Origin: a virus
Lineage: Duplodnaviria > Caudoviricetes
DNA: 36,204 nucleotides
IMG/VR virus record: IMGVR_UViG_3300025018_000319
Coordinates: 1 to 36,204 of that record
Reading direction: 5' to 3' (one strand)
Made by a program: the position numbers and the translations under genes. How positions within the stretch are numbered: position 1 is the stretch's first letter; each line of letters begins with the position of its first letter. Shown piece after piece: positions 18,969-27,437 of this stretch. The notes under the pieces are model-generated. The model did no database searches. It was not told the DNA's origin and was given only the letters and a program-made list of their open reading frames with translations.

Positions 18969-20464
18969 ACATTGTCGTTGAAATTGGAGGAGTGGACAAG
19001 TCTGCTGTCATTGACTGGCCGTCTTTTTCTATTGAGGACAATATTGATGAGCAACCGAATGTCTGTGATTTTAAAATTGAGAAACACGCCAGTCAGACCT
19101 ATGCACCAAATGTCAATGATGAGGTCGAAGTTTATGACGGGGCGACTAAGATTTTTGGTGGTAGGATTTTAACGATTAAAAATTCAATCAATGCTGATGT
19201 CAGTAATTTTCAAATAACCTGCAAGGATTACACTGCTGAATTAGACAGAATACTTGTGACAGATAGTTTCAGTAGCACTACTGTTGGGGCTATCATTGAG
19301 TATATTGTCGACAATTATTTGGCAGGGTCTGGCATCACTTATGCCAATGTCGTTTGCACTGTCCCAGTCACTAAAATCGTATTTAATAAAATGACGATCT
19401 CGAAGTGTATTTCAGAACTCGCCAAGTTGGTCAATTTTAGCTGGTATATTGATTACGACAAAGACATTCACTTCTTTGCCAAGAACACTGAGGTCGCACC
19501 TTTTTCAATCGTTGACGGGAGTGATGATGTTATGGGCGACAGTATCGAATTGCAAAATGATTTAAGTCAGATGAGGAATGTGGTCATCATCAGAGGAGGA
19601 GAAAAAATTGCCTCGAATACTCGAGATAAAAATCATATCGGAGACGGAGTTCAAAAGACTTTTAACACTGATTATAAATTCGCTAACTTACCCACGGTCT
19701 TGGTCGGTGGTGTCGGTCAGGATGTTGGGATTGAAAACTTAGACACTGCTGGCTTTGATTGCTATTGGGATTTTAATCAAAAATACATCCGGTTTGAGAA
19801 TGCACCTGCTGATACTTCTGCTATCATTTTGAGAGGCTACCCATTGATACCTATCATTGCTCAGGTTGAGGATTTAGACAGCATCACTCAATATGGCAGA
19901 TTTGAATTTGCAAAGACCGACAAGACCATTAAAAGCTCGGAGGAGGCTAAGCAATACGGAGAGGCACAACTTGAGGCTTATGCTCAATCTATTCGAGAGG
20001 GGTCGTTCAGGACTTACACAGGCGGTCTTGTGAGTGGTCAGGTCATCAGTATCGCTTTGACTGACCTTGGCGTTGATGACTCTTTTGTTATTCAGAGGGT
20101 TACACTTTCAATGGTTAGTCGAACCAAAGGGGAGTGGTCGGTCGAACTTGCAACCCTCAAGACTATGGGCATCATCAAGTTTTTACAAGATTTATTATTG
20201 AGTGATAATAAAAAAGTTGATTACAATGAGGATGATGTTTTGGAAAAATATTACCTTGATACTAAGGTCATCGAGGTTGTCGAACAAGTCGGACCAATAG
20301 AGGCTATTACTAATGACGAGTTAGATGTCGAAGTCGATGAGGATTTAGTCAAAGACCCGTTCGGTGCTGGTGTTAAGCCTGATTTTGTTTTAACGCCTTA
20401 CATCCCGACAGGTCACACTGACCCAAAGCGAGAGTTTATGCTCGACAGGAGCACTCTTGGTTAA
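18965..20464 (+). CDS. Tail tip/hub protein
   Basis: Follows TMP; WYIDYDKDIHFF and NVVIIRGG hub-like motifs. Confidence 0.75.
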   Translation: MNIVVEIGGVDKSAVIDWPSFSIEDNIDEQPNVCDFKIEKHASQTYAPNVNDEVEVYDGATKIFGGRILTIKNSINADVSNFQITCKDYTAELDRILVTDSFSSTTVGAIIEYIVDNYLAGSGITYANVVCTVPVTKIVFNKMTISKCISELAKLVNFSWYIDYDKDIHFFAKNTEVAPFSIVDGSDDVMGDSIELQNDLSQMRNVVIIRGGEKIASNTRDKNHIGDGVQKTFNTDYKFANLPTVLVGGVGQDVGIENLDTAGFDCYWDFNQKYIRFENAPADTSAIILRGYPLIPIIAQVEDLDSITQYGRFEFAKTDKTIKSSEEAKQYGEAQLEAYAQSIREGSFRTYTGGLVSGQVISIALTDLGVDDSFVIQRVTLSMVSRTKGEWSVELATLKTMGIIKFLQDLLLSDNKKVDYNEDDVLEKYYLDTKVIEVVEQVGPIEAITNDELDVEVDEDLVKDPFGAGVKPDFVLTPYIPTGHTDPKREFMLDRSTLG

Positions 20465-20481
20465 TTTAATAATTTAAAAAT

Positions 20482-21075
20482 ATGAACTTAAATTCGAATG
20501 CCCTTGTCTTGGGCGAAATCAAAGCGGAGTTTTTTGACCAATCCGGATTGTCGAACTCTCAAAGGATGTTTAACCTTGTGCTTGAAAAAGCCAAAAACAG
20601 AATTTTGCCAAAACTTCACGGGAAAGTCAAAGAACAATTTTTCAAGAGATTTCAAAGTCTTTACCGGTTAGGTAATAAAATCGGAGAGGATGAGCATAAA
20701 AATATTATTTGCAATGCTGGGTTTAGTGGTGTCACTACTCGATTGACTGGAGATACCACCTACACAGGGGAAATCAACAAAGCTTTGCTCGGCACTGGTG
20801 TCGGTGCTGTTGATGTTGGGGATACCGAGTTGATAACTGAGGCTTATCGCAATGATATGGCATCGGCATCTGCTGATGAAAATATCGCCTACCTGACTGC
20901 TTTTTTTACTGAGAGCGAAGTGTCCGGGACTTTCACTGAGTTCGGAAATTGTATTGACGGGACTGGGACTGCTGATACTGGATTGTTGTGGTCGCACATC
21001 TCGGGTTTGAATTGGGTCAAGGATACTAACACCGCTCTCGTAATCTCTTGTAAATATACTTTTGCGAGTGTCTAG
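20482..21075 (+). CDS. Baseplate/tail tip structural protein
   Basis: NIICNAG, LGTG...DTELITEAYR, GTFTEFG pattern. Confidence 0.65.
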   Translation: MNLNSNALVLGEIKAEFFDQSGLSNSQRMFNLVLEKAKNRILPKLHGKVKEQFFKRFQSLYRLGNKIGEDEHKNIICNAGFSGVTTRLTGDTTYTGEINKALLGTGVGAVDVGDTELITEAYRNDMASASADENIAYLTAFFTESEVSGTFTEFGNCIDGTGTADTGLLWSHISGLNWVKDTNTALVISCKYTFASV

Positions 21076-21092
21076 TCTTAGGAGCTAAAAAA

Positions 21093-21101
21093 TGCTATAA
21101 T
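21093..21101 (+). promoter_or_regulatory. Extended -10 promoter, probably giving a leaderless mRNA
   Basis: TGCTATAAT with 6 nt between it and ATG 21108. Confidence 0.55.
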
Positions 21102-21107
21102 CAAAAT

Positions 21108-21353
21108 ATGAAAATCGCAAAAGAAAAAATCAAACAAGAAAACATTTTAACTGTCAAGGTCAAGGTCGAAAATAACATCGATGCTTATCAGATTGTCAGT
21201 CGATTGGGTTTTGATTATAAAATTCTAAGTGCTGAGATTAACGATCATAAAGAAACCTTTGACGAAAAAAACACCCCTGCTCATTTCCTTAGAGATAATA
21301 CTAAAAACAAAAAGCAGTTTCGAGATATTAGAGCGGAAAGATTAAGCAAATAA
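21108..21353 (+). CDS. Hypothetical protein
   Basis: ORF with own promoter-like element. Confidence 0.6.
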   Translation: MKIAKEKIKQENILTVKVKVENNIDAYQIVSRLGFDYKILSAEINDHKETFDEKNTPAHFLRDNTKNKKQFRDIRAERLSK

Positions 21354-21354
21354 T

Positions 21355-22638
21355 ATGCCATTAACAAATTACAAATTTAATCCGGGAGATAAATGGCCCG
21401 CAGAAAATGCGAGCAGTATTGACCCGGACACATTTGCCGGTCAAGCGGTGGCACAATTAATCGGCGGAACATCACCGAGTGCAACTGGTGTTTTTGATAC
21501 GCTTGGGCAAGGTGCTAATAATGGAAAAGTCGGATTGAACATTGACGGTGTTGCTTATGGCGACATTGCAGTTGATTTAATCAAGGCCGGTGCCTCGTCT
21601 GAAAAAATAGCACAAAATACAAATGACGGTGGCGACTGGATAGGCCCGTCAGCTTGGTGGTCACAAACTTTTACAATCCCGGCCGGAATGAATTTGTTGA
21701 CAGATTTTAGAATTACCATAACAAAAAACGGATCACCAAGCGGAATATTAACCGCAACTTTAAGGACGGGAAACACGCCCGGGGCCGGCACGATTGTGCA
21801 ATCTTTTGTAATTCCTAACGGGACAGCAAGCGGGTTGTATACTTGCACATTAACAAGCCCTCGTGCGGTAGCACAAAATGATTTATTTAATATCACTTTA
21901 ACTTATACGGGCGGGACGCCAGAGTGGGCGGTGCAATATTCACAACTTGGCGGATACGCCGGTGGCACAAGCTCAAAAAATGGCGTGGCAGATAGCAAAG
22001 ATTGGTGTTTTAAAGTTTTTGGTGCGTCTTATGAGGCACACACGACCGCCACGATTGCGACAGCGTTGCAAACCGCAATCAGGTTGGCCACAAGTGCCTT
22101 GGAAACCGTTGCGTATAGCACAAACAAATATGTTATATCGGGGGCAACCTCCGGCCGTGGTCACTCTATTTTAAAATTAACGACCCCGGCAAGTGGGGCG
22201 GATATTTCCGGGTCGGGTGCGACAAAATATTATGATCTTGGATCTGGTGCGACAGAGGTATCGAGTGACGGGGCAGAATATTTTTTGGCACGAATGGGGT
22301 CGGGCGGAAAATTGCCGAGCTCGATTGTCCCGGGGCTTAGTTTAATATCAACGCAAGAAATAACATCGGGCAATTTAACAGTCCCGGCCGGAACGACAAC
22401 GATTATAATAACAGTCATCGGGAAATTAAACTCATCGGGCCTTGTAAAGTTGGCCGGTGAAGTTATGCTCATTGTTGGGATAAAAACAGACGGACGAATT
22501 GCGACAGACGGTATTGACGGGCTTGCGGTGCAATGTGGTGTCACTTTTTCATTGAGTGGCTCTACAATTACCTGTACTTATGACCCAGAGGGAGGCAAAA
22601 TTGATGTACTAACTGTCAAGGCTTATTACCTCGGATAG
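21355..22638 (+). CDS. Putative receptor-binding/tail fibre protein with atypical composition
   Basis: G/T/S/A-rich beta protein at end of tail module; ACG/GCG/CCG-rich codons. Confidence 0.7.
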   Translation: MPLTNYKFNPGDKWPAENASSIDPDTFAGQAVAQLIGGTSPSATGVFDTLGQGANNGKVGLNIDGVAYGDIAVDLIKAGASSEKIAQNTNDGGDWIGPSAWWSQTFTIPAGMNLLTDFRITITKNGSPSGILTATLRTGNTPGAGTIVQSFVIPNGTASGLYTCTLTSPRAVAQNDLFNITLTYTGGTPEWAVQYSQLGGYAGGTSSKNGVADSKDWCFKVFGASYEAHTTATIATALQTAIRLATSALETVAYSTNKYVISGATSGRGHSILKLTTPASGADISGSGATKYYDLGSGATEVSSDGAEYFLARMGSGGKLPSSIVPGLSLISTQEITSGNLTVPAGTTTIIITVIGKLNSSGLVKLAGEVMLIVGIKTDGRIATDGIDGLAVQCGVTFSLSGSTITCTYDPEGGKIDVLTVKAYYLG

Positions 22639-22793
22639 GTTGACAATCGGTTGACAATTCACCTGTGGATTACCTGTGAATAACATTACTGACCTATGGA
22701 CATATATGTCCATACTATGGACATTTTTATGGATAGGGTCGGGACATTTATGTCTATATAATAATATAACTTAATAATCTAACTAATATCTAT
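22638..22793. other. Putative replication origin (tandem repeats, DnaA-like boxes, palindromic iterons, AT-rich tract)
   Basis: GGTTGACAAT x2; TGTGGATTA and TGTGAATAA; 20-bp palindrome 22695-22714; AT tract 22755-22793. Confidence 0.55.
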
Positions 22794-23003
22794 ATGTCAG
22801 AGATATTGAAGTCAGTCACAAAAATCGTTCTATTGATGATGATTGTTACATTGTCAGGGGTCTATGCTGTGGCTACAATTGTCGCTGTTTTAAGAGGGCA
22901 GATGATTTTAAGTGAGATACCTTTCAAAGAGGTCATCTTACTGGTCGCTGGTTTCTTTTTTGCTTACAAGGGAGACTCTAACAAAGAATACGCTGGAAAA
23001 TAA
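22794..23003 (+). CDS. Holin-like 2-TM protein
   Basis: Two hydrophobic helices, charged C-terminus, lysis-module position. Confidence 0.6.
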   Translation: MSEILKSVTKIVLLMMIVTLSGVYAVATIVAVLRGQMILSEIPFKEVILLVAGFFFAYKGDSNKEYAGK

Positions 23004-23008
23004 TATCT

Positions 23009-23443
23009 ATGTATAAAATGACACAACAACACAAGGACAGAATAAGGGACTCAAAGCGGAGGGGAGAGTTTGTAAAGTGCAAGAATTGTAATGTAGATGT
23101 TTGGGCATCTCCGTATGAGTTAAAAAGAAAAACACCAAAAGGTTTTTGTGGGAGGGGTTGTTTTAAGAAGTATTACAAAGAAAATTATTCAAAACCAGGT
23201 AACAAAAATATATTTTGGAAAAATGGAGGATTGAGTTTTACAAAAAAAATTGCATTAAAAAGAGATAAATATATTTGCCAAAAGTGTGGTTTTAGTGACA
23301 GGGATATAATGCAAGTTGACCACATAAAAGAAAAATATAATGGTGGTAGTGACAAGTTAGAAAATTTACAAACACTATGTCCAAACTGTCACGCAAAAAA
23401 GACTTATAAATTTTTAAGAAACAAACCTTATGCGGGCAAGTAG
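23009..23443 (+). CDS. HNH homing endonuclease
   Basis: RDKYICQKCG...VDHI...NLQTLCPNCHAKKT. Confidence 0.9.
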   Translation: MYKMTQQHKDRIRDSKRRGEFVKCKNCNVDVWASPYELKRKTPKGFCGRGCFKKYYKENYSKPGNKNIFWKNGGLSFTKKIALKRDKYICQKCGFSDRDIMQVDHIKEKYNGGSDKLENLQTLCPNCHAKKTYKFLRNKPYAGK

Positions 23444-23540
23444 AATAATCAAAAGAGTTCTACAAGGAACAATCCTCGCAATAGTGAGTTTTTGCGTTGG
23501 TTTCATCGCTTGCAGTTTTATAGATTTAACCTATTTTTAA
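23430..23540 (+). CDS. 36-aa single-TM peptide
   Basis: Hand-translated MRASRIIKRVLQGTILAIVSFCVGFIACSFIDLTYF. Confidence 0.5.
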   Translation: MRASRIIKRVLQGTILAIVSFCVGFIACSFIDLTYF

Positions 23541-23541
23541 T

Positions 23542-23661
23542 ATGGAGATGATTAACACGATTGCTCAAACAATGGTCGCATTCCTTGCTGGCATTATGGT
23601 CGGAGGAATATTACAAGTCCGGTTTCGCTGGCTGGATAAATTTGTCAATATAATTTCGTAA
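23542..23661 (+). CDS. 39-aa single-TM peptide
   Basis: Hand-translated MEMINTIAQTMVAFLAGIMVGGILQVRFRWLDKFVNIIS. Confidence 0.5.
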   Translation: MEMINTIAQTMVAFLAGIMVGGILQVRFRWLDKFVNIIS

Positions 23662-23668
23662 ATTTTTT

Positions 23669-23857
23669 ATGTCGGAAACTAAACAGGCTATGAAGTGGTT
23701 TGTCACTATCGTGTCATCTTTGTTGTTTATCTTTTCAACGATTATGAGAGTAGTTGCTGGGCAAAGTGCCGATATGGCGCTCGGAACTGTTTTTGTCACT
23801 ATCTCCGGTCTTGTTTGGGGTGCTAATATTGCTGACCATTTTAAAAAACTAAAATAA
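23669..23857 (+). CDS. Holin-like 2-TM protein
   Basis: Two TM helices, basic C-terminus, directly upstream of the peptidase. Confidence 0.6.
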   Translation: MSETKQAMKWFVTIVSSLLFIFSTIMRVVAGQSADMALGTVFVTISGLVWGANIADHFKKLK

Positions 23858-23862
23858 ACTAT

Positions 23863-24975
23863 ATGGAGTTAGTCGATAACAAATTCGGGACTGGGCTTGT
23901 GCCTCAGGTCGATGACCCGAGAGATGTTGCTTTCGCATCGGTCGCCCCGTTTGATTATGAGTTGGGGTTTGATATTGAGTTATTGCTCGGCTATCGGGCT
24001 CAATGCTCATCAGAGGCTAAATTTTGGGGTCTAGGAGGCCGTGAGGGCTGGGGGGTGGTTCGTTATCGGGAAATAGTCAAAGAATGTCAGCAGAGGGGCA
24101 TACAGCCCTTTTCTGTGCCTATTAAGAACCAAGGGGCAAGCAGTTCTTGCACTGGGCAAGCATTGAGCTACTATTTGTCAGTCTTAAATATGATTGAGAC
24201 TGGGAAATGGGTTGAAATCTCAGCCCGGGACATTTACGCCTACATCTCGCTCGGTAAAGACCGGGGGGCTTATCTCAGGGATGCTTTAAAACTCGCCTGC
24301 GATCGTGGCATCGCTACTGAGGATTTGGTGCCTTGTTACCACGAGGTCAAGATGAGTTATGGAACTGTCAAAAATCCTTACAGTGAAACTGAATACCTAG
24401 TCAAGCCAGAGGAGACAGATGCTATCAGGGCAATCCGGATTGCTCTGCAGTCAAAAGAGTATCAGGTCGCTGTCGGTGGTGCTACTATGGACAAAGTTGC
24501 TTGGCAGATGCTTATGGGATTTGGCACTTACTTCGCTGTTGACGGAGAGAATAATGGAACTTGGTCAAGTGAATACCCACAGCCTCCTAAAAAAGTCGGT
24601 TGGTCGCACGCCTTGTTTGGCGGTAAAGCTGGGATTGATAAAGACGGACAGAACTTTGCTGGCCACATTAACTCTTGGGGAACTGTTGGAGTTAAGGGTT
24701 GGCAAAAATTAAAAGCTAATTACTTCGAGGCTCAATCTGTGTTTACACCTTGGACCTTGATTGATAAAAATAACAATTGGAACAATATGACAAAATCAAA
24801 TTGTAAAATCATCAAAGACAAAAACAGTCCGGCAGTTGGAATTTGGTTGCCAGCTTTATCTCCGGAGGCATTGGAAAGTTATTGCTTGAATTTCGGAATT
24901 GTAGTGCCAAGAAAAACTGACGGGACGATCGATTGGAATGTCTGGATTGACGGTGAGCTGTCACTAACTAAGTAA
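23863..24975 (+). CDS. Papain-like (C1) cysteine peptidase in the endolysin position
   Basis: NQGASSSCTGQA (Gln/Cys), WSHALF (His), INSWG (Asn). Confidence 0.85.
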   Translation: MELVDNKFGTGLVPQVDDPRDVAFASVAPFDYELGFDIELLLGYRAQCSSEAKFWGLGGREGWGVVRYREIVKECQQRGIQPFSVPIKNQGASSSCTGQALSYYLSVLNMIETGKWVEISARDIYAYISLGKDRGAYLRDALKLACDRGIATEDLVPCYHEVKMSYGTVKNPYSETEYLVKPEETDAIRAIRIALQSKEYQVAVGGATMDKVAWQMLMGFGTYFAVDGENNGTWSSEYPQPPKKVGWSHALFGGKAGIDKDGQNFAGHINSWGTVGVKGWQKLKANYFEAQSVFTPWTLIDKNNNWNNMTKSNCKIIKDKNSPAVGIWLPALSPEALESYCLNFGIVVPRKTDGTIDWNVWIDGELSLTK

Positions 24976-25049
24976 TAACCCGCAAGGGATATTATATACC
25001 GGGCTCTTTTGGGTTGACTCCACCTGACTGAGCTTGCCATAAAAGCAAG

Positions 25050-25074
25050 AACACACTCGCAAGGGTGTGTTTTT
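25050..25074 (+). terminator. Intrinsic terminator ending the late operon
   Basis: AACACACTC-GCAA-GGGTGTGTT then TTT. Confidence 0.8.
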
Positions 25075-25158
25075 GTATTGTGGATAAACTATTGCTTAGT
25101 TGATAGATAAAATTGAGATAACCTGCGAACACCCTTGTTTATTGGGTTTTGTCTATAC

Positions 25159-25188
25159 TTTACAAGGTTGATAAAATGGTATACAATA
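25159..25188 (+). promoter_or_regulatory. Sigma70-type early promoter 1
   Basis: TTTACA-17-TACAAT; 25163-25188 identical to 27796-27821. Confidence 0.75.
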
Positions 25189-25215
25189 AGCTCATAATCA
25201 AGTAAGCAAATAAAT

Positions 25216-25464
25216 ATGACAATACAAAATGCTATCAAAAAGATTGAAAAAATGACAGGGGAAAAAGTTGAGGAAGTTTACGGACATTATAGAATTATTA
25301 AAAATGGGAGAGAGTTATCATTTTTTAAAAATGGGGATAGTGATTTGGCAGTCTGTTTCAGGACAAGAGGTTTGAAAGATTTGGATGACTCGATGAGCGA
25401 TTATTCTGCCGGTGTATTTTGGGACAATGTCACTCAAGCAATTAAGTCAATTAACAGGGCTTAA
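25216..25464 (+). CDS. Hypothetical early protein
   Basis: First ORF after the promoter. Confidence 0.7.
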   Translation: MTIQNAIKKIEKMTGEKVEEVYGHYRIIKNGRELSFFKNGDSDLAVCFRTRGLKDLDDSMSDYSAGVFWDNVTQAIKSINRA

Positions 25465-25468
25465 AAAT

Positions 25469-25672
25469 ATGGACATCAAATCAAAGCAAATATTAAACAG
25501 GGCTTATCGGGTCAAAGCCCTGCTCCAAGTGGGAGCGATGACCTATGACGATGCAGTAAATAGTCCGGAGATAAAAGAGTATAGGGAAATGGTCGAGAGT
25601 GTCGGCAAAGAAGTTGCCAAAAAGCACGGGAAAAAGTTTTACAAATTTAATGTGTCAAAATTTTTAAGATAA
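25469..25672 (+). CDS. Hypothetical protein
   Basis: Start trimmed to ATG 25469. Confidence 0.65.
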   Translation: MDIKSKQILNRAYRVKALLQVGAMTYDDAVNSPEIKEYREMVESVGKEVAKKHGKKFYKFNVSKFLR

Positions 25673-25676
25673 ACTT

Positions 25677-25940
25677 ATGAAATCAATCATCGTTTATGAG
25701 TCCGGGGAAATTAAAGAGATTAACCCGTTGAATGGGAAAAAGTTTGGGCTTAGAGAATTGCAGGGTTATGTCGGGGGCTACATCGAAATGGTCGGGACAA
25801 AATCGGGTCAAGTAATGGTAGTCAATGAGAATGGAAAAATTGACGGAAAGTGTATGCCTAACCTCAAGGCTACAACAATGATAATTTATGAGGATTTAAT
25901 TTACGGGAATGTCGTTGTCTGCGACAACTCACTAATTTAA
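25677..25940 (+). CDS. DUF3846-like protein
   Basis: LRELQGYVGGYIEMV...VNENGK...PNLKAT...IYGNVVV. Confidence 0.75.
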   Translation: MKSIIVYESGEIKEINPLNGKKFGLRELQGYVGGYIEMVGTKSGQVMVVNENGKIDGKCMPNLKATTMIIYEDLIYGNVVVCDNSLI

Positions 25941-25945
25941 AAATT

Positions 25946-26023
25946 ATGGACGACATCAATTATGACGAGGAGATTGAAAAAAGATACCACCCTGAGAATT
26001 TTGAAAGTGGTGACGAAGATTAA
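25946..26023 (+). CDS. 25-aa acidic peptide
   Basis: Hand-translated MDDINYDEEIEKRYHPENFESGDED. Confidence 0.45.
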   Translation: MDDINYDEEIEKRYHPENFESGDED

Positions 26024-26046
26024 AAAATAAAAATAAAAACAAAAAT

Positions 26047-26649
26047 ATGTTTAATGCAAAAAGATTAAAACAAAAGAGGGAAATTTTAAAAAGACAATGG
26101 GCTGTGATTGTCATCGCCCTTTGCATCGCTGGTCTAGTAGTTAACTGCTCAGCGATGAGTCTGATGCAGGAGTTGGACAAAGTAGATAAAAACTTAGTCA
26201 TCGTGCCGGTGGTCAAAACACTTGAGGAAAAAATTGAGGAGGTAGTCAGTGAGGAATTGTCCGGAATGGAGTTAGCTATCCGGAATGCAAGCATTGAGTT
26301 TAATGTGCCGGAGTGGTTAATTATCGGCATTGCTAATGCTGAGAGTGGACTTGGAAAGCACTTTGCTGTCGATTACGATCGTGACAACTGCCACAACTGG
26401 TGGGGATTAAAAGGCGGTAATATGGCACGGCGTGCTGACGGCAGTTATCTGCGATGCTTTATTGACGAGGAGTCTGGCGCTCGCACAGTCGCAAAAGCCC
26501 TGCGAAATTATTATCTTGACGAGGGGCGTGATACCCCTGAAAAGATTTGCCAAAAGTGGATTGGCGGAAAGTTCGCGAATAAGCCCGCTGGCAATGGAAA
26601 GACTCATTGCGAAAACTGGGTCAGTAATGTTAACAAATTTAAAATCTAA
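26047..26649 (+). CDS. Membrane-anchored lysozyme-fold (glucosaminidase/SLT-like) protein
   Basis: N-terminal TM; IGIANAESGLG catalytic Glu motif; NWWGLK. Confidence 0.75.
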   Translation: MFNAKRLKQKREILKRQWAVIVIALCIAGLVVNCSAMSLMQELDKVDKNLVIVPVVKTLEEKIEEVVSEELSGMELAIRNASIEFNVPEWLIIGIANAESGLGKHFAVDYDRDNCHNWWGLKGGNMARRADGSYLRCFIDEESGARTVAKALRNYYLDEGRDTPEKICQKWIGGKFANKPAGNGKTHCENWVSNVNKFKI

Positions 26650-26653
26650 ATTT

Positions 26654-26935
26654 ATGCGGGTTAAAGTAGAATTTTATGCAAAGGGGAGAGGGTTTATGGA
26701 GGTGACTATGGATTTACCAGAAAGTCATAAAAAATTAAGTCAAATAGAAAAAGATGCTTTGATAAAAAAAATAATCAAAGACTACTTAGATATAGATGAC
26801 ATAACAATCATTACTGCTAAATATCAGGACGCGCAGGTAGCTATGGAAAGTTTAAGGGACGAGATTTTTAAATCATTGCATCTCGAGGAAATAGCAAATT
26901 GGTTATTAAAAAAACTTAACAAATTTAAAATATAA
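26654..26935 (+). CDS. Hypothetical protein bounded by direct repeats
   Basis: Start trimmed to ATG 26654; 16-bp repeat at 26630 and 26916. Confidence 0.65.
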   Translation: MRVKVEFYAKGRGFMEVTMDLPESHKKLSQIEKDALIKKIIKDYLDIDDITIITAKYQDAQVAMESLRDEIFKSLHLEEIANWLLKKLNKFKI

Positions 26936-26944
26936 TTTTATTTT

Positions 26945-27223
26945 ATGGATACAGTAAAATGTGGTGATGCTAATCCTAACGGAAACATAGCTTTAAAGTT
27001 TAAGGGTGGCTGTGGACAACCTGTTAATATCGCTGATGCTTACCGTTGCGTTGGTTGTGGTGGTCGCTTTCACCTCGATTGCATTAAGAAACATTTTGAG
27101 CTTGAAAAGGCTCACGATGTCGGTCGGGAAAAAGTAAAAAAAGATATTGAGGTTTTTATTATAAATAACTCAAGGCCCTCAAACGAGATTATGAAAATAG
27201 TCCGGGGCATTAGAAAAATTTAA
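26945..27223 (+). CDS. Cys/His zinc-finger protein
   Basis: C...CG...RCVGCGGRFHLDCIKKH. Confidence 0.65.
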   Translation: MDTVKCGDANPNGNIALKFKGGCGQPVNIADAYRCVGCGGRFHLDCIKKHFELEKAHDVGREKVKKDIEVFIINNSRPSNEIMKIVRGIRKI

Positions 27224-27226
27224 TTT

Positions 27227-27415
27227 ATGAAATGGAAAAATCTTAATAAAAATCATTGTCCAAAATGCGATAGTGAACTCGTAACTGCTAAGCGAGGTAA
27301 GCAGTGCGGTAGGTGCGGTTTTTTTATCAGTCAAAAGAAATTACTTGAGTTGTTTGATAATTTTGACAGAGAAGACCTATATAAAAAAATGGAGGGCTAT
27401 GGGTTCGATAAATAA
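27227..27415 (+). CDS. Zinc-ribbon protein
   Basis: CPKC...CGRC. Confidence 0.7.
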   Translation: MKWKNLNKNHCPKCDSELVTAKRGKQCGRCGFFISQKKLLELFDNFDREDLYKKMEGYGFDK

Positions 27416-27437
27416 TTTACAAATTTAATTAAAACTT

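Noticed and set aside
11049-22638. Diversity-generating retroelement or invertible fibre cassette
   Set aside because: No reverse transcriptase, invertase or TR/VR repeat pair found
22640-22656. Two TTGACA hexamers as -35 elements
   Set aside because: No -10 at 16-18 bp spacing; treated as part of tandem repeats
25001-25039. tRNA or attP from GGTTGACTCC...CCA
   Set aside because: Lacks the TTC of the T-loop, spacing to CCA is wrong, no D or anticodon arm, and no integrase is present
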